The notes under the pieces were generated by a model, which had not been told where the DNA came from, searched no databases, and saw only the letters and a list, made by a program, of their open reading frames with translations. Both the position numbers and the translations under genes were made by a program. 64,000 nucleotides of DNA from the human T2T-CHM13v2.0 reference genome, Homo sapiens, in assembly GCF_009914755.1 (NCBI RefSeq), contig NC_060943.1. One strand, 5' to 3'. Position 1 is the stretch's first letter, and each line of letters starts with the position of its first letter. This document shows positions 1-13,755 of the stretch, piece after piece.

Positions 1-409
1 CATGTCATTCAGCGGTCCTGAAAAAGGATGACTGAGATTTGGACTGGTTTTCCAGGGAATAAAATTGAGTGACTTTTTAAAAAGTGCTACTCCTAGAATC
101 TGGGATCTAATCAATCCAATATCAACTTCAAGGGAATAGGCCAACAACCAGAGATGAAACTAGAAGACAAATAATTAGAATAGCAAGCATAGGTTGGTTT
201 TCCATGCTATGATTCTGCAGCAAATGTGGTAATTTGGGAATACTGATTTGGGGAATCTCTTGTCATGGGAATAAGTTGTGTTTTGTCAGCTTTGCTGAGT
301 GTCTCTGGTGAGCTAAAAGTGATTAAAACAGAGTGCTGGCCCTGGTATGTAAGCTGTAATCTATACTCCATATCTACCACTAGCCATTTTGAAGGAGGAG
401 AGTTCCCTG

Positions 410-1148
410 ATCTACCTCACGGGATGTGCAACAGGCGTGTGGCTCACCCGCTTAGTTGCTCAAACCCCTGATGGGAGATGGAGCACACAGATGGGCAGGT
501 GCAGGGGCTGGAGTGAGTGCTTTGGGCTCCAGCCTGGCAGTAGTGTCTGGAGGAGGGGTGGTGCCTGCAGCCCAAGTGTTACAATGCTCTTTTAGTCTTG
601 CTCTCTGCAAATGGCTTAAGTGTTAACCAGCTCAATAGACCTTCTGCCATTTCACAAGGGTAGAGGGCCAGTGTGACAGCTTTCTGTATTCCCAGCCTTT
701 GCCCAGTGTCCCAGAAGAATCGGGTCACACACACAGGCTTGAAGGATGAATGTGGGGTTTTACTGAATGGTGGAGGTGGCTCTCAGCAGGATGGATGGGG
801 AGCTGGAAGGGGGAATGGAGTGAGAAGATGATCTTCCCCTGGAGTTTGGTCATCCAGCAGCCAATCTCCCCTCTGACCACCCCCAGTTTAACTCCTGGCA
901 TTCACACATTCCTTCCCTTCTCTCTTTCTCTGCTGTGTCATCTGCCATTTGTCTGCTTGTCTCCTCATCTCCTCATCTGCTTCTGGAGCCTGGCGTTTGG
1001 GATTTATATGGGTACAGGATAGGGGGACATGTCAGGGAAGAAGGCAACTTTTCCCACTTAGGGCCATGGGTCTCCAGGCTTGAGTGTAGGGCCTTTGCTG
1101 GGGAACTACCTTCTTTACCCAGTATTTCCCTGTCTCCTGTCCATATCA
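410..1148 (-). mobile_element. ERV1 LTR, LTR27/MER52-like
   Basis: Minus strand starts TGATATGGACAGGAGACAGGGAAATACTGGG; left boundary uncertain. Confidence 0.7.
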
Positions 1149-2290
1149 ATTTCATGAATGTGTGGTCACAACATGAACCCAGAATTTGGAGGTTGGAAAG
1201 TAGGAGTGAATGCACTCAATCTACTAGGGTGCCAATTCATAGCATCTAATATGGTAATGATGAATTAGCAATAGAATCTTTTGGTAGGGGCAGACTTAGT
1301 GAATCTTCAAATGTGGCAGGATTTTAACATGAATCGAATACTATCTCTCAGTCAATACAATTACCTCCACCACTCCCCAGTTCCTAATTCAAGGGTTATA
1401 TTTTCAGTAACTTTATGTATTCAAAACTGTATTAGATGCTAGAAATACAAAGATGAGTAAGACATTATTAATCTCTGTCCATAAAAAGATGAAAACTAGT
1501 GTGGAAGACAGCCATAAAATTAGAGATTAATCTTATCTAGAAAATTCTAGAAACAGGATGAAGCACAACAGAGGAGTATTTTAGGCAACCTCAAGGCATT
1601 TAACCCAACCTGGAGCCTTTAGTTAGGTTAGAATATGGCCAGGAACAGGAAGTCAAGATTCAACAAATTGCAACACTGCAATAATAACTAACATCACTTT
1701 CTAATAGTGTTTATAGTGTTTTCTAATATGAAATCAAAATCTGTCTTTGGATAACTTTTACTCACTCCCTGGTCTTGTTTCTGTTCTCTGGGATGACACA
1801 GAATATATGGAATTCACTCTTACTCTGCTTAGTACTGAGAAAGCAAAAATTAAATAAGGCATTCAAAATTCTTGTCTGTATAGGGGCCAAGGGAAAGCTT
1901 CCCCTTCACCCTCTGAAGGTTTGCTGATAACCAACTGACAAAAGGAAGATTCACAGGAGAAAAAGCTTAAATATTTATTTGATCACAGTTGTATATGACA
2001 TGAGAGCCTTTAGAATGAAGACCAAAAGATACAGGGGAAACCGTCCATTTTTATGCCTAGGTTCAACAAAGTATGGACAGCCATGTAGAAATAGGGTTGG
2101 ATTCTTCTTGGCCTCTCTGAGCAGTGCTTCTTCCTTCTGGGTGTGGGGAAAATTCACCATATTCCTTAGGTCCCCTCAAAGGCCCCTCTATTCACTCTTT
2201 TCAGGAAGGGCGAGAGGACCAATGAATAACCAACTTTCTGGAAAGGGGGGTCTTAAGACCTACAGTCAAACAAAGTAGGTCAGATCATTT

Positions 2291-2598
2291 CTTCTTTTGT
2301 TTTCTCTTTTCAAGAGGCAGGGTCTGATTCTGTCACCCAGGGTGAAGTGCAGCGGCCTGATCCATGGTTCACCACAGCCTCAAATTCCTGGACTCAAGCA
2401 ATCTGCCAGTCTCAGCCTCTGAAGTAGGTAGGACTACAGGTGCGTGCCGACATACCACACTAATTTTTAAAAATTTTTGCAGAGATGGAGTCTTGCAATG
2501 TTACTCAGGCTGGTCTTAAGCTCCTGGGCTCAAGCAATCCTCCTGCCTTGGCCTCCCAAAGTGTTGAAATTACAGATTTGAGCCACCACACCCAACCC
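2291..2598 (-). mobile_element. AluJ
   Basis: Full dimeric, diverged Alu inside MER39. Confidence 0.9.
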
Positions 2599-2821
2599 AG
2601 ATAATTTCTGTATGGCCCGTTTTTACGCAGAAATGTAGAGGGAAAATTAGAGTCCGATTTTTAGGTTTTATGGCTGGCTTTGGGGAAAAGGGGTTCTGAT
2701 TTCTAGTACCCATCAGGGGGAAGAGGGATTCTAGTTTCTAAGGTGCCTCCAGGGAGAATGGGACTCAGAGACAGGAAGGCAGAAGAAGCTCAGAGAGAAA
2801 GTTTTGCTTCTGAGGCTCTTT

Positions 2822-3000
2822 CAGAAGGATTGCTTGAGCTCAGGAGTTCCATACCAGCCTGGGTAACATTTCAAGACTCCATCTCTACAAAAAATTTTGA
2901 AAAAATAGCCTGGCACATGGCATGTACCTGCAGTCCTAGCTACTTGAGAGGCTAAGGCGGGAGGATTGCTTGAGGTCAGGAGTTTAAGGTGTGGTGAACT
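2822..3000 (+). mobile_element. AluJ internal fragment
   Basis: Alu linker and flanks, truncated at both ends. Confidence 0.8.
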
Positions 3001-4475
3001 TTCTGAGGCTTTGATTTTGTGGTATTGCTTTCTGAGCCTTAGACCTAGAACAAGCATTCAGGTCATGGGGGAAGTTCATAGGAGAATCTCTATTTTTTAA
3101 CTATCAAACTGTGACTCCCACATTGGCCACTTGGGGATGCTGTCACTCATAGGCCTGTCATACACCTTTGGTGGGTAGGGACAGGAAAGGAGATTGAGTA
3201 GCATAAGATAAAGTCCTCCCCACCCCACCCATTTCAATAATAGGATCCACATTTATCATATGCCAGTCTGAGACACTTCCTGAACTTCACGATTCATACA
3301 GTGTTAGAGAGTGGTCTATACCTTTCTCCATGACCTCCAGCCCACACGAGGTTCAGTGACCCTAATGCCATGGAGGCCAGGATGCTGTGATTGAGATGAG
3401 AGCAGGGGTAAGAAGGGTCTTTTCTCTGCTCATGGAGCACTGGAATGAAGTATCTTTTTGGGTGCTGGACAGTGGGGAGGTCAAGACTGTGGGCAGAGGA
3501 ACACTGGAGCCAATGTTGGGAATAATTCTCATGCAAGCAAAGATGTGGTATTTGGCTGGTCACAACCCCAGACCTTGAGACTCCAGTTCCACAGGGGTCC
3601 AGGATATTGTTTCCATGTACAAGATCCATCTGTGAGAATCCAGCACTTTCCACCACCTGCCGTGGTATGGCTGTGGTCCCATGCACCATCACCTTTGGCT
3701 TCAACTTCTGCAATGACCCCCTAATTGATAACCTGGCTCTTGAGTTGACCTTACAGCAAACATTCTTTTTGAAGAAAAGTCACAGGACTTCACCCCACTG
3801 GCCGAAACCCTCCACTATTAGCTGCCACTGCACACAGAGTCGAAGCCTAAGGCATTGCACTTACACATTTTCATGTTATATTATTGCATAGATGTTATTA
3901 GTTTCTGAGTAGCCAGGAGAGCATTTTTTCTGCAATTAAACATATCGAATGCACCACATTCTTTAGGTCCCCTCAAAGGCCCTTCTATTCACTCTATGTC
4001 GGGAAGGGTGAGGGAACCGGTGAATAAACAAAGGTCCTTGTTTAAAGGCTGTTATGACCATAAAGTCTGTGTATTTCACAGCCCATGACAGCAGCATCCT
4101 GAGATATTATTTATTGTCAAACTTCTCAGGCCACACATCCACTGCAATGGGGAATGGGACTGAGCAAATCGCAAGTTCTTGGTTCTATGTTCCAGTTGCA
4201 ATCTTGCTTTCAGTTTTCCTGCTGTTAAAACAGCTTTTGCTGGTAGAACTGTGGGAAGTGAGAATAGATTTCCTTTTACCTGCTGTGCATCAGCAGAAAA
4301 AACAAGTCTTTCTTTTCTCCTGGCAGCTGAGATTTCTGAGTTCTTCCTAGAATTGGATGTTATATATGATCTACTTTACTCATGCCCACCTGCATACACA
4401 CCAAAGCCTGATGAGCGGTACAAACCCACCCAATGTTTTCCCCCAAAACAGAAGTAACATGAGCACATGTGGAAC

Positions 4476-5022
4476 TGTCAGAGGTGTTTGAACCAGGGCA
4501 ACTGCATCTTGAATAGGAGCAGGGTAAAATGAGGCTGAGACCTACCGCGCTGCATTCCCAGACAGTTAACGCATTCTAAGTCACAGGATGAGATAGGAGG
4601 TCAGCACAAGATACAGGTCATAAAGACCTTGCTGATAAAACAGTTTGCAGTAAAGAAGCTGGCTAAAACCCACCAAAACCAAGATGGCCACAAGAGTGAC
4701 CTCCGGCGGTCCTCATTGCTACATTCCCACCAGCGCCATGACAGTTTACAAATGCCGTGGCAATGTCAGAAAATTACCCTATGTGGTCTAAAAAGGGGAG
4801 GCATGAATAATCCACCCCTTGTTTAGCATATTGTCAAGAAATAACCATAAAATGGGCAAGCAGCAGCCCTTGGGGCTGCTCTGTCTATGGAGTAGCCATT
4901 CTTTCATTCCTTTACTTTCTTAATAAACTTGCTTTCACTGTATGGACTCGACCTGAATTCTTTCTTGGCGAGATCCAAGAACCCTCTCTTGGGGTCTGGA
5001 TCTGGACCCCTTTCCAGTAAAA
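4476..5022 (+). mobile_element. MER41A solo LTR
   Basis: TGTCAGAGGTGTTTGAACCAG start, about 547 bp, 4-bp TSD gaac (4472-4475 and 5023-5026). Confidence 0.9.
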
Positions 5023-5453
5023 GAACTATTCATTTTATCTTTTAGTCATCACCAAGCAAACACAATTATAAATAAGGAAAATAATATATGATTGTAATTT
5101 TACTCATAATCCCAAATGTCTCTCATGACCAGCACACCTTTGGTGTATTGGGTCTAAATCAAAGAAAAATTCGAGGAGTTGAATGAACAATGTTTTGATA
5201 TCTTAATGCACTTTGGAGAAAACCAACTGTTGCAAAAAGCTAAAGAAACAAAAATTCATTGTTTATAGATCAGGCCACGTGTTTTTCATTTCTGCAATGG
5301 CGATGTTGTTGATTCCCATGGAACACAATGAGAGTGTGATCTTCTCCTTTGAGATTGTATTTATTGATAAATGCAAAAATGCTAATGAATCCTAACTTGC
5401 TGGTTCTCCATGGCCTTCCTTCCTCCCGCCCTTTCCAAGAAGGATGCAGTATC

Positions 5454-5625
5454 TGTCAGAGGCATTTGAACCAGAGTGGCTCCATCTTGAGTGAGGGCTA
5501 GGAAAATGAGACTTGAACTTGCTGGTCGGCATTCCCAGAAAGTTAGGTGTTCCTAGCCTCTAGATGTTTACAGTTAAGGGAATAGACTGATAACGTTCAG
5601 TAAACAGACCCAGAATTGGGAGTGT
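5454..5625 (+). mobile_element. MER41C-like LTR, 5' fragment
   Basis: TGTCAGAGGCATTTGAACCAGAG...TGAGTGAGGGCTAGGAAAATGAG; ends abruptly. Confidence 0.8.
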
Positions 5626-5654
5626 GCTATTGTTCTGGAACATCACATATAAGT

Positions 5655-6315
5655 AAAGGAGGGATTTCCTCTTCTGACCAAGAAGGAATAACATAGACTG
5701 GCTTAACTCTCGTACCTGAAACAACCAGAAAAACAAACAAAATATACGAAAGAGTGGTTTTATGACTCTGGAAATAAGGCAATGAAGGACAGTGCTCCCT
5801 GAGAGCCAGGAAACTAACAAGGTGAACACCATGTTTGGCACAGCTGACTGCCTTGACAGGGCTGTAGGGCACACAACCCACTCTGGGGAAAGAACCATCT
5901 GAAATAGAGAAAATAGTGCATGGTGCTCACACAGGGCTGGAAAGAGTGCCTGTTTCCACCAGCCAGACTGAAAAAAACCTTGTAATGCATAAGCCATTTG
6001 GCTAGACTACTCAGAAAGGTCTTGTGTGAATAGTGGGGAATATTTAGCTGCAGGCTGAGTCCTGCTCTGAATCTCCCTAATGATTCACAATAGCAAGGCT
6101 CCAACGTTGCCAATTGTCTCCAAGTAACTTAACCCAAACTGAGCAGATCGCTCAAAAATGTTTGCAGGAATATAAAAATATCTGGCATCCTAAAAAGAAG
6201 ACTCACGGTGTTTGGCATCCAATCAAAAATGTCTAGGCATGCAAAGAAGCAGGAAAAAATGATACATAATATAAGAAACTCATCAACAGACACTGACTAA
6301 GAATGGATGTATATG
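5655..6315 (+). mobile_element. Old L1 (L1MC/MD-like) 5' region
   Basis: Resembles the recalled L1M 5' end (gaccaagaaggaataacatagactgg...gaaggacagtgctccctgagag). Confidence 0.55.
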
Positions 6316-6329
6316 TGAGATCTTATTTT

Positions 6330-7440
6330 TGGTCTCAAGATTTTGCTGCTTGTTTGCTTCTTGAAGTCTCATGGTTTTAGGTTTTATATACAGGTCTATG
6401 GTCTATCTTGAGTAACATTAGGATGCGTGTATGTTTATTTGTATGCATTATTTGTAGGCATAAACCGAAGTTCATTTCTTTGCATATGAATATCCCGTTG
6501 TTCCAGCACCATTTGCTGAAAAGACTATCCTTTTTTCACTGAACTGTTTTGTACCTTTGCCAAAATCAGTTGTGCATATATGTGTGAGTCTATGCTGTTC
6601 CATTGATCTACTTGTCTATCTTTATGCCAATACCACACTGTCTTGATTACTGCAGCTTTCTAACACAGCTTGCAATCAAATAGCATTTGTCTTTCAACTT
6701 TGTTCTATTTTTCAAAGTTAAACATCTTAACATTATTAAGTCTTCCAACGTGTGCCCAGTGTATATCTCCCCATTTATTTATGTCTCCTTTTATTTCTCT
6801 CAAGAATTTTTTGCAGTTCTCAGAGTACGAGTCTTATACATATCTTCTCACATTTATTTTGAAATATTTCATATTTCTGAAGCTATTGAAAATAGTATTG
6901 ATTCTTCATTGCTAGTATATAAAACAGTACATGATTTTTGTATATTAAGCTTGTGTCCTGTCACTTTGCTAAACTCAATTAATAATAGTTCAGGTAGCTT
7001 TTTTGTGTATTCAATTGGATTTTTGTTTATGTTGTCTAGGCATAAAGATGGCTTTACCACCTCCTTTCTAATCTGAGTGCCTTCTATTAATTTTTGTTTT
7101 CTTACTGCACCGGTTCCGATCTCTTGTAAAATGTTGAATAGAATGGGGAGAGTGGGCATTTCTATTTTGTTCCTAAACTTAAAGAAAAGTATTAAGTTTT
7201 TACCATTAACAAGAATTTTAGATTTTTAGTAGATGCCCTTATCAGGTTGGCTGAAGGAGTTCCTTTCTATTCTTAGTCTGCTGCAGGGTTTAATAAGGGC
7301 TGGAGTTTGGGTTTTTTAAAAATGCTTTTTCTACATCTACTAAGATGATCACATTGTTTTTTTGTTTTTGTTTTTTCATCTTTTTTAGTTTGACAATATT
7401 GTGGGTAACACTGATTGGTCTTCAAATGTTTTGAAACAAT
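6330..7440 (-). mobile_element. L1M ORF2 fragment
   Basis: Minus-strand peptide LFNILQE...IRKEVVKPSL...LLIEFSKVTGHKLNIQKS (L1 RT region). Confidence 0.85.
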
Positions 7441-7477
7441 ATTGTGTTTCAAATTACTTCTTACTTCTGTGACATAA

Positions 7478-7810
<333 letters not shown>

Positions 7811-9532
7811 GACATAACCTAGCCTTCTTTGTCTGAGTGTGTGTGCATGATTAAATAGATCACAGTATCACATTCTGCCAGGACCCACATGGCTGCAATG
7901 TATTCTTTTACCAGCAGAGTAGCACCTGAATCTGAGCAACGCCTCAGAGGCGATGGAACTGAACAGGAGTGAATCTGCCCAGGCATGAAGTGCTCCCTTA
8001 CAAAACAGTGTGATTACAGTTTGTGTTCTCCGGTGTAATTACCTAGGAGGATTTCTTCAGTCTTCCGTAAGGAGGAAGACAGTGTTCCCCACTACTCAGA
8101 GAACTGTTGTAGGTGTTCTTCCTGCTTTTTGAAAAACTGAGAGCTGTGGCCAGCCTGTCAGAACACGTCCTCTTCTTTTGGGCATATTCAGGATTTGCTT
8201 ACTGGTCTGTTCACCCTGATAGAAGTTACTCTTCTCTGTCTGCTATATAGATTAACACCACTCACTGGAACTTCCATTTCCCAAAATTCCAATTCTGTCT
8301 TAAAATCTTTTCTAAGCACGGCTTCTCTCTACATATTTGGTGCACCCTTCAGTGATTACAAAGATACTCCAAGGTCCTGCCATGATACTGAACAAAATTC
8401 AGATGTAGCAAAAGTGATCAAGAAGGCAGCAAAGGCTTATCATTGTGGGGATGTAGTACAACCTCCCAGCTGTGAAGCCTTGCACACATCACTGCATATA
8501 TCTCTGCTTGACTTTTCTGAACCTGAATTACTCGGTGAACAGGGTACCTTGCAGTTTGAATGACCCTCAAGCTCTCAGAACTTCTCCAACTTTAAAGCGC
8601 CCTATTCTAAAAGAGAACTGTATTTGTTAACTCCAGGGGAGACAAGCTTGTCACTTCAGCCTTCCCCTTATTTAAAAAAGGTAATTTGTGCTGATTCTCC
8701 AGTACAAAGCGCTTAAGTCAATTCGTCATAGAAAGACCGTTAGGTGTAAAGTGATAAATATACTATGTCAACTTTGAAAATGTATTAGCACTTTTCACCG
8801 TAAAAACTTCAGATTTCACAGGTCAGCAAAGAGAGTCTTTTGTTTAATTGTTTTGCATCATCAAATATCAATCTGTAGGGTAGGGGACATCTCATTTAGG
8901 GAAAAAGGTAGGCACACCTCACTTTACAGAAATTTCTGCTGAAGCCCTAAATTAGTGCGTTGGTCTCCCCCATAAGCCTTCTGGCTTTTAGAGAACAGAG
9001 ACTGCTTATTCTTATATTAAACTGGGGAAGGTGTTCTATATTGCATAACCTCTCAGAAGTATAAATGTGTATTGTTTCTCTTTATCTCGACCTTCCAAGG
9101 GCCCCAGCAGCCTGCCCAAGGCTTCACTATCCTTGCAACAATCATGGCACGGTAGTGATGGGAAGAAAAGCTGCAGGCTCAGTGCTCCTTGCCTTCAGGG
9201 AATGGTGCTGATTCCTGTTGCAAAGCAGACCCATTATCAGAGGCCCATCAAATCACACCATTCCCTTCCCTGCTGTCTCTTAGGCCTGCAATGACAAAGA
9301 CATGGCAGAAATGCCACTATCCCTGCTCCTTTGCTTTGGCCAGATGCCACTGATGGATCGTTCAATTCTTCCCTGCAGAATCGTGCCCTCAGATCCTTCT
9401 GACAGTGTGCCAGATATCCAGCATCACCTTTGCAGTTTGGGAAGTGGCACCCATCATCCACCCAGCGTGCCTTTCTTGATTTTGTCCATGGTGCTGAGAT
9501 TCTGCGTGGCCCCCATGCGGTTGCTCTCACTC

Positions 9533-9811
9533 CATGGGTCTCCATCCAGGGTGATGCACACCCTCCTACCACCTGTGAACATTTGGTAATATCTAGAGGC
9601 GTTGCTGGTTTCCACCATTGGGAGTGGGTGCAACTGGCATCTAGTGGGAAGAGGCCAGGGATGATACTGCACATCCCATGTTGCATAGACCCCATCCCAC
9701 AGCCAAGAATGATCTTGTTAAGTGTCAGTAGTGCTGATGGTGCACAGACAGTGTCCCACAGCAAAGAATAATCTTTTTAAATGTCAATAGCATCAAGGTT
9801 GGGGAACCCTG
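9533..9811 (+). mobile_element. MER20 (hAT-Charlie) with an internal duplication near its 3' end
   Basis: catttggtaatatctagagg...actggcatctagtgggaagaggccagggatgat...ttggggaaccctg; the cccacagc..aagaat block occurs twice. Confidence 0.75.
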
Positions 9812-10392
9812 GTGTGTCTGAGAAGGAAACGTGGGATTCTCTCTCCTCTAGGATTGGATTCTGTCCCGTGGTACTGTCTACAATGACTGGGATTTTGATA
9901 CCTAAATCTTCCCTTAGGAAGAAATCTTTCCTCAGGAAACTTAATTATCCTGCCAATGCTCACCAGCTGGAGTTTGACTTCATATTTTTATTGGTTTCCT
10001 GGAAACCTCTCATTGCATTCCCTCAGGCATCCACGATACCCAAACCATGCACATGAGTGACACACTGTGTTTAGCTTGCACAGCATCTCATGCCACAACC
10101 ATTCCCGGCAGATTCAGCTCATTCTCCCATCGCAGCCCTGCTCCCCTATGCCCGGTTACCAGCAGGTCTCCCAGGTGAGCCTGCTGCTCCAGGATAAAAC
10201 TGTGGCCACGAGCCAACACTGAAAACTGACACCTGCGGAAGTTGGCTCAAGTGCTGCCTGCTAACAACCGAATAAGTAAACCTTTGCTGCAGAACCTACC
10301 ATGTAACAGGTGTCTTCTAATATTTCTCTGATTTTTCTGAGCTTATCCTAAGATAACTTTTTCACACTTCATTTGCAGAGCAGGAAGACATT

Positions 10393-11200
10393 ATGTGTGT
10401 GTGTGTGTGTGTGTATACACACACATATATATGAGAATATAGAGAGAATATATGTAAAGGAGAATACATGTAAAGAGAATATATAATATATATAGAATAT
10501 ATCCTATATATTTAGAATATATAGAATATAGTTATTCTATATATAGACTATAGACTACATTATAGTCTATATATAGACTATAGACTACATTATAGTCTAT
10601 ATATAGACTAGACTACATTATAGTCTATATATAGACTATAGACTACATTATAGTCTATATATAGACTATAGACTACAATATAGTCTTATATAGATTATAT
10701 ATAGAATATATTATTTTCTATATATAGACTATTTTTCTATATATAGTTTATATAGATTATACATAGACTATATTATTCTATATATAGCTTATATAGATTA
10801 TATATAGACTATATTATTCTATATATAGCTTATATAGATTGTATATAGACTATATTATTCTATATATAGCTTATATAGATTATATATAGACTATATTATT
10901 CTATATATAGTTTATATATATTTTATATAAAGTTTATATACTGTTTATATATTGTCTAGACTATGTTATTCTACATATAGTTTATATATAGAATGATATA
11001 GTCTGTATATTGTCCTAGCAAACTCATAGACTTTATTATTATTTGATATATAGTCTAGTACTGATAGATAATATTATCATTCAATAAAATATATAGACAT
11101 ATACAAGATACATAGTCTAGACTATACATCAAATGATAATATAGTCTTTCTGTACTACTATATATAGTCTATATATAGAATAATAATATAGTCTATATAT
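10393..11200. repeat. (TG)n followed by AT-rich palindromic minisatellites
   Basis: ~30-bp unit tatagtctatatatagactatagactacat at about 10537-10680; ~41-bp unit ttatatagattatatatagactatattattctatatatagc at about 10750-10910. Confidence 0.9.
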
Positions 11201-11714
11201 TGCAAGGAGGAAGATAATGGCTCATTTTTTATCCAGGGTAAAACTCATAAACATGTATTACTGAGTACAGATATCTTAATAGAGACAAGAAAATTCAAAT
11301 TATTGGCAAGGTACTGTACATAATTGTATCCAAAAAAATCAGGCTATTTTGCATCCTAGCCAAGTTACTCTGCCCAGTCACAAGATCACAAAGGCCAAGT
11401 TACATGATCACTAAAGGTGGCATGAGAGGCTCCGACTCATCCAGGGAGTAAGAGAGTGAAGTCAGCAGTGGGAATGTTGGAGCAGCTGGTCTGTGTAAAG
11501 ATGTCCTGGGGAAAAACTGGGTCAGGCTTGGAAGACAAGGCAAGCGGTACCAGAGAAATAAGCTTGACTGGAACGAGGCAGCAACAGAGGCACTGATGGA
11601 ACTCAGTTCTAGAGTTATGGGAACTAAAAGGTACTCCGCTCGGCCAGCCACCAAATGAAATGGGTAAAAAGGGCTGCTTGAAATGTAACTGGGAAGATTT
11701 CATAAGCATCTATC

Positions 11715-12328
11715 TGTATGGGTTTGCCCGGACTGACATAACAAAGTGCCACAGACCGGGCCGCTTACCACAGACATTGATTCTCTCGCAGTCCTGGAGG
11801 CTGGAAATCTGAGACAAGGTGTGAGCGGGGCTGGTTCCTCCTGAGGCCTCTCTCCTGGGCTTGAAGATGCTGTCTTCTCCCTGTGTTCTCCCATGGTGGT
11901 CCCTCTCTGTGTAGGTCTATGTCCTCATCTCCTCTTCTTATAAGGACACCAGTCCTGTTGGATTAGGGCCCACTCTAGTGACCTCGTTTTACCTTAATTC
12001 AATCTTGTCCATTCTGCAGCCCTAGGGCCACATGCAGCCCAGGACAGCTTTGAATGTTGCCCAACACAAATTCATACTTTTTTAAAACATGAGATTTATA
12101 CATGGACCTGATTTTTCGCTCATCAGCTATTGTTAGTGTATTTTATGTTTGGCCCACAACAATTCTTCTTCTTCCATTGTGGCCCAGGGAAGCCAAAAGA
12201 TTGGACTCCTTTGCCTTAATCACTTCTTTAAAGGCCTTACCTACAAATACAGTCACATTCTGAGGTCTTGGGGGCTAGCACTTCAGTGTATGGTATGGGA
12301 GAGGGGGCCTCGACTCAGCTCATAACAG
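11715..12328 (-). mobile_element. MLT1A/B MaLR LTR
   Basis: cttataaggacaccagtcctgttggattagggccc motif; split by MER30. Confidence 0.85.
12000..12213 (-). mobile_element. MER30 (hAT) nested in MLT1
   Basis: TIR-like ends caatcttgtcca / ttggactcctttg; 8-bp TSD ccttaatt / ccttaatc. Confidence 0.88.
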
Positions 12329-13755
12329 CATACTTCTAATGGTGGTTCTCAGTCTTTATTTTGAGGAAAGTGGTCACTTAAATAATGACATATGGAAAAG
12401 ATACAATTTAAGTAATAGAGACTTCCCACGCAAACCCCATGTAAGGGGAGGAATCGAACGTATCAAGGGCATTCCCCAAGCCCAAGGTGATAGAGGTGAG
12501 AAATGCTCACTTATTAGTGCCAATTTCAATCTCCTGATAGATTTTCATTTAGTATGCTGTAAAAGAAAATATCCCTGCAGACACTGGCACTTGAGCGATT
12601 ACAGTGGTGGGGAGAAATTCCCTTATTTATTTGTGGAATTCAATGAAGCATTTCAGAGTCCACCTTCTGGGGATAACCTGTTCATTGCAATGGAGTAAAT
12701 CAATAGCCTTCATTTAGATTCTTAATTGGCAATTTGATCTCATTCACTTTAACCAGCACTCATTGGCTGGAGGAATGATGGAGACTGGGAGCAGGCTCCT
12801 AAAAAGGGTCTTGAAAATGTTATTTCAACAAAGATTAATTATGAGGCATTGAGAGTTTCAGAAAGGTTCACATTTTTTTTCTAAAGCTCTTCTAAGCCAA
12901 TCTTAAATGAATCCTCAGAGGACTATTTCTGTGGGTGTGTGTCTGCTTGTGTGTGTGTGCATGTGCATGTGTGTGTCTTGCCCCATTCCAGTTCTCCATC
13001 CCCATGCTGAGGAGGCTGGAGGATTCAGAATGCAGAATCAGGTGCATTTTTAAAAAATCATTATGTCAGTCCTCACCAAAACACTGGCTATTTCTATCTT
13101 TCCTTCTCATTTTACTCTGCTATAGGAGTCTAAGTAAATCATCTTTAGGAAATACCAAAACCTACCAGGGGTTTTAGATTCATGGCGGCCAACACAACCT
13201 AGTATTGATAGCCCATGTAAATGTTTGCCATCCAGATAACAAGAATAACGACAAGAGAAAACTAACATGACCTGCCCCATAGTGTGCTAGATCCACATCT
13301 CTTGGGGAATGTTTTGAAGCAAGTTAATACAAGCTACTTGATAAAAGGCTTCCGTGATGAAATGAGATTGGGGAAGCTGAGTTAAACAAAATCAAACAGT
13401 GTTCTGTGTTGGACACTTCTCAAATCCTTAACCATGCTGAAAAGCTTAGAGTATTTCCAGGAGAATAGCATAGCACCCCACATCCCAGACCTGCACAGCC
13501 CCTGCTCAGGCCATCTTGTGGGACAAACAGTATGCAAAACACACATTCTGGAACATGCTTGAGTAGAGGGGAGGCCACTCTCTAACTTGGGCACAGTTCT
13601 GCTCTGGCACACACTGACAAGGTGACACTGGGTGACTCATTTAGTCCCTCTGTAAACGGCCCTTCCTCATATGCGAGAGGCCATGGAACGTTGGCCTCTC
13701 AGACGTTACTGGCTCTAACATTATTTTGCCAAAAATAAAATAATTAGTGTGGATG

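Larger units (their letters stand above)
1878..3045 (-). mobile_element. MER39-family LTR interrupted by two Alu pieces
   Basis: Motifs CCCCAAAGCCAGCCATAAAACCTAAAAAT and GAAACTAGAATCCCTCTTCCCC on the minus strand. Confidence 0.75.

Noticed and set aside
3600-3670. Minus-strand peptide WILTDGSC resembling a retroviral RNase H motif
   Set aside because: One short motif with no other RNase H features; plausible by chance
8043-8242. Possible minus-strand exon (tatag|cagacag...cctag|gtaatt)
   Set aside because: No polypyrimidine tract, stops in all three frames, no recognisable homology
8195-8563. 122-aa ORF
   Set aside because: Non-ATG start and no recognisable homology
10537-10680. Palindromic repeats with spacers, superficially CRISPR-like
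   Set aside because: Spacers are short and identical, the DNA is primate and there are no cas genes; it is a minisatellite
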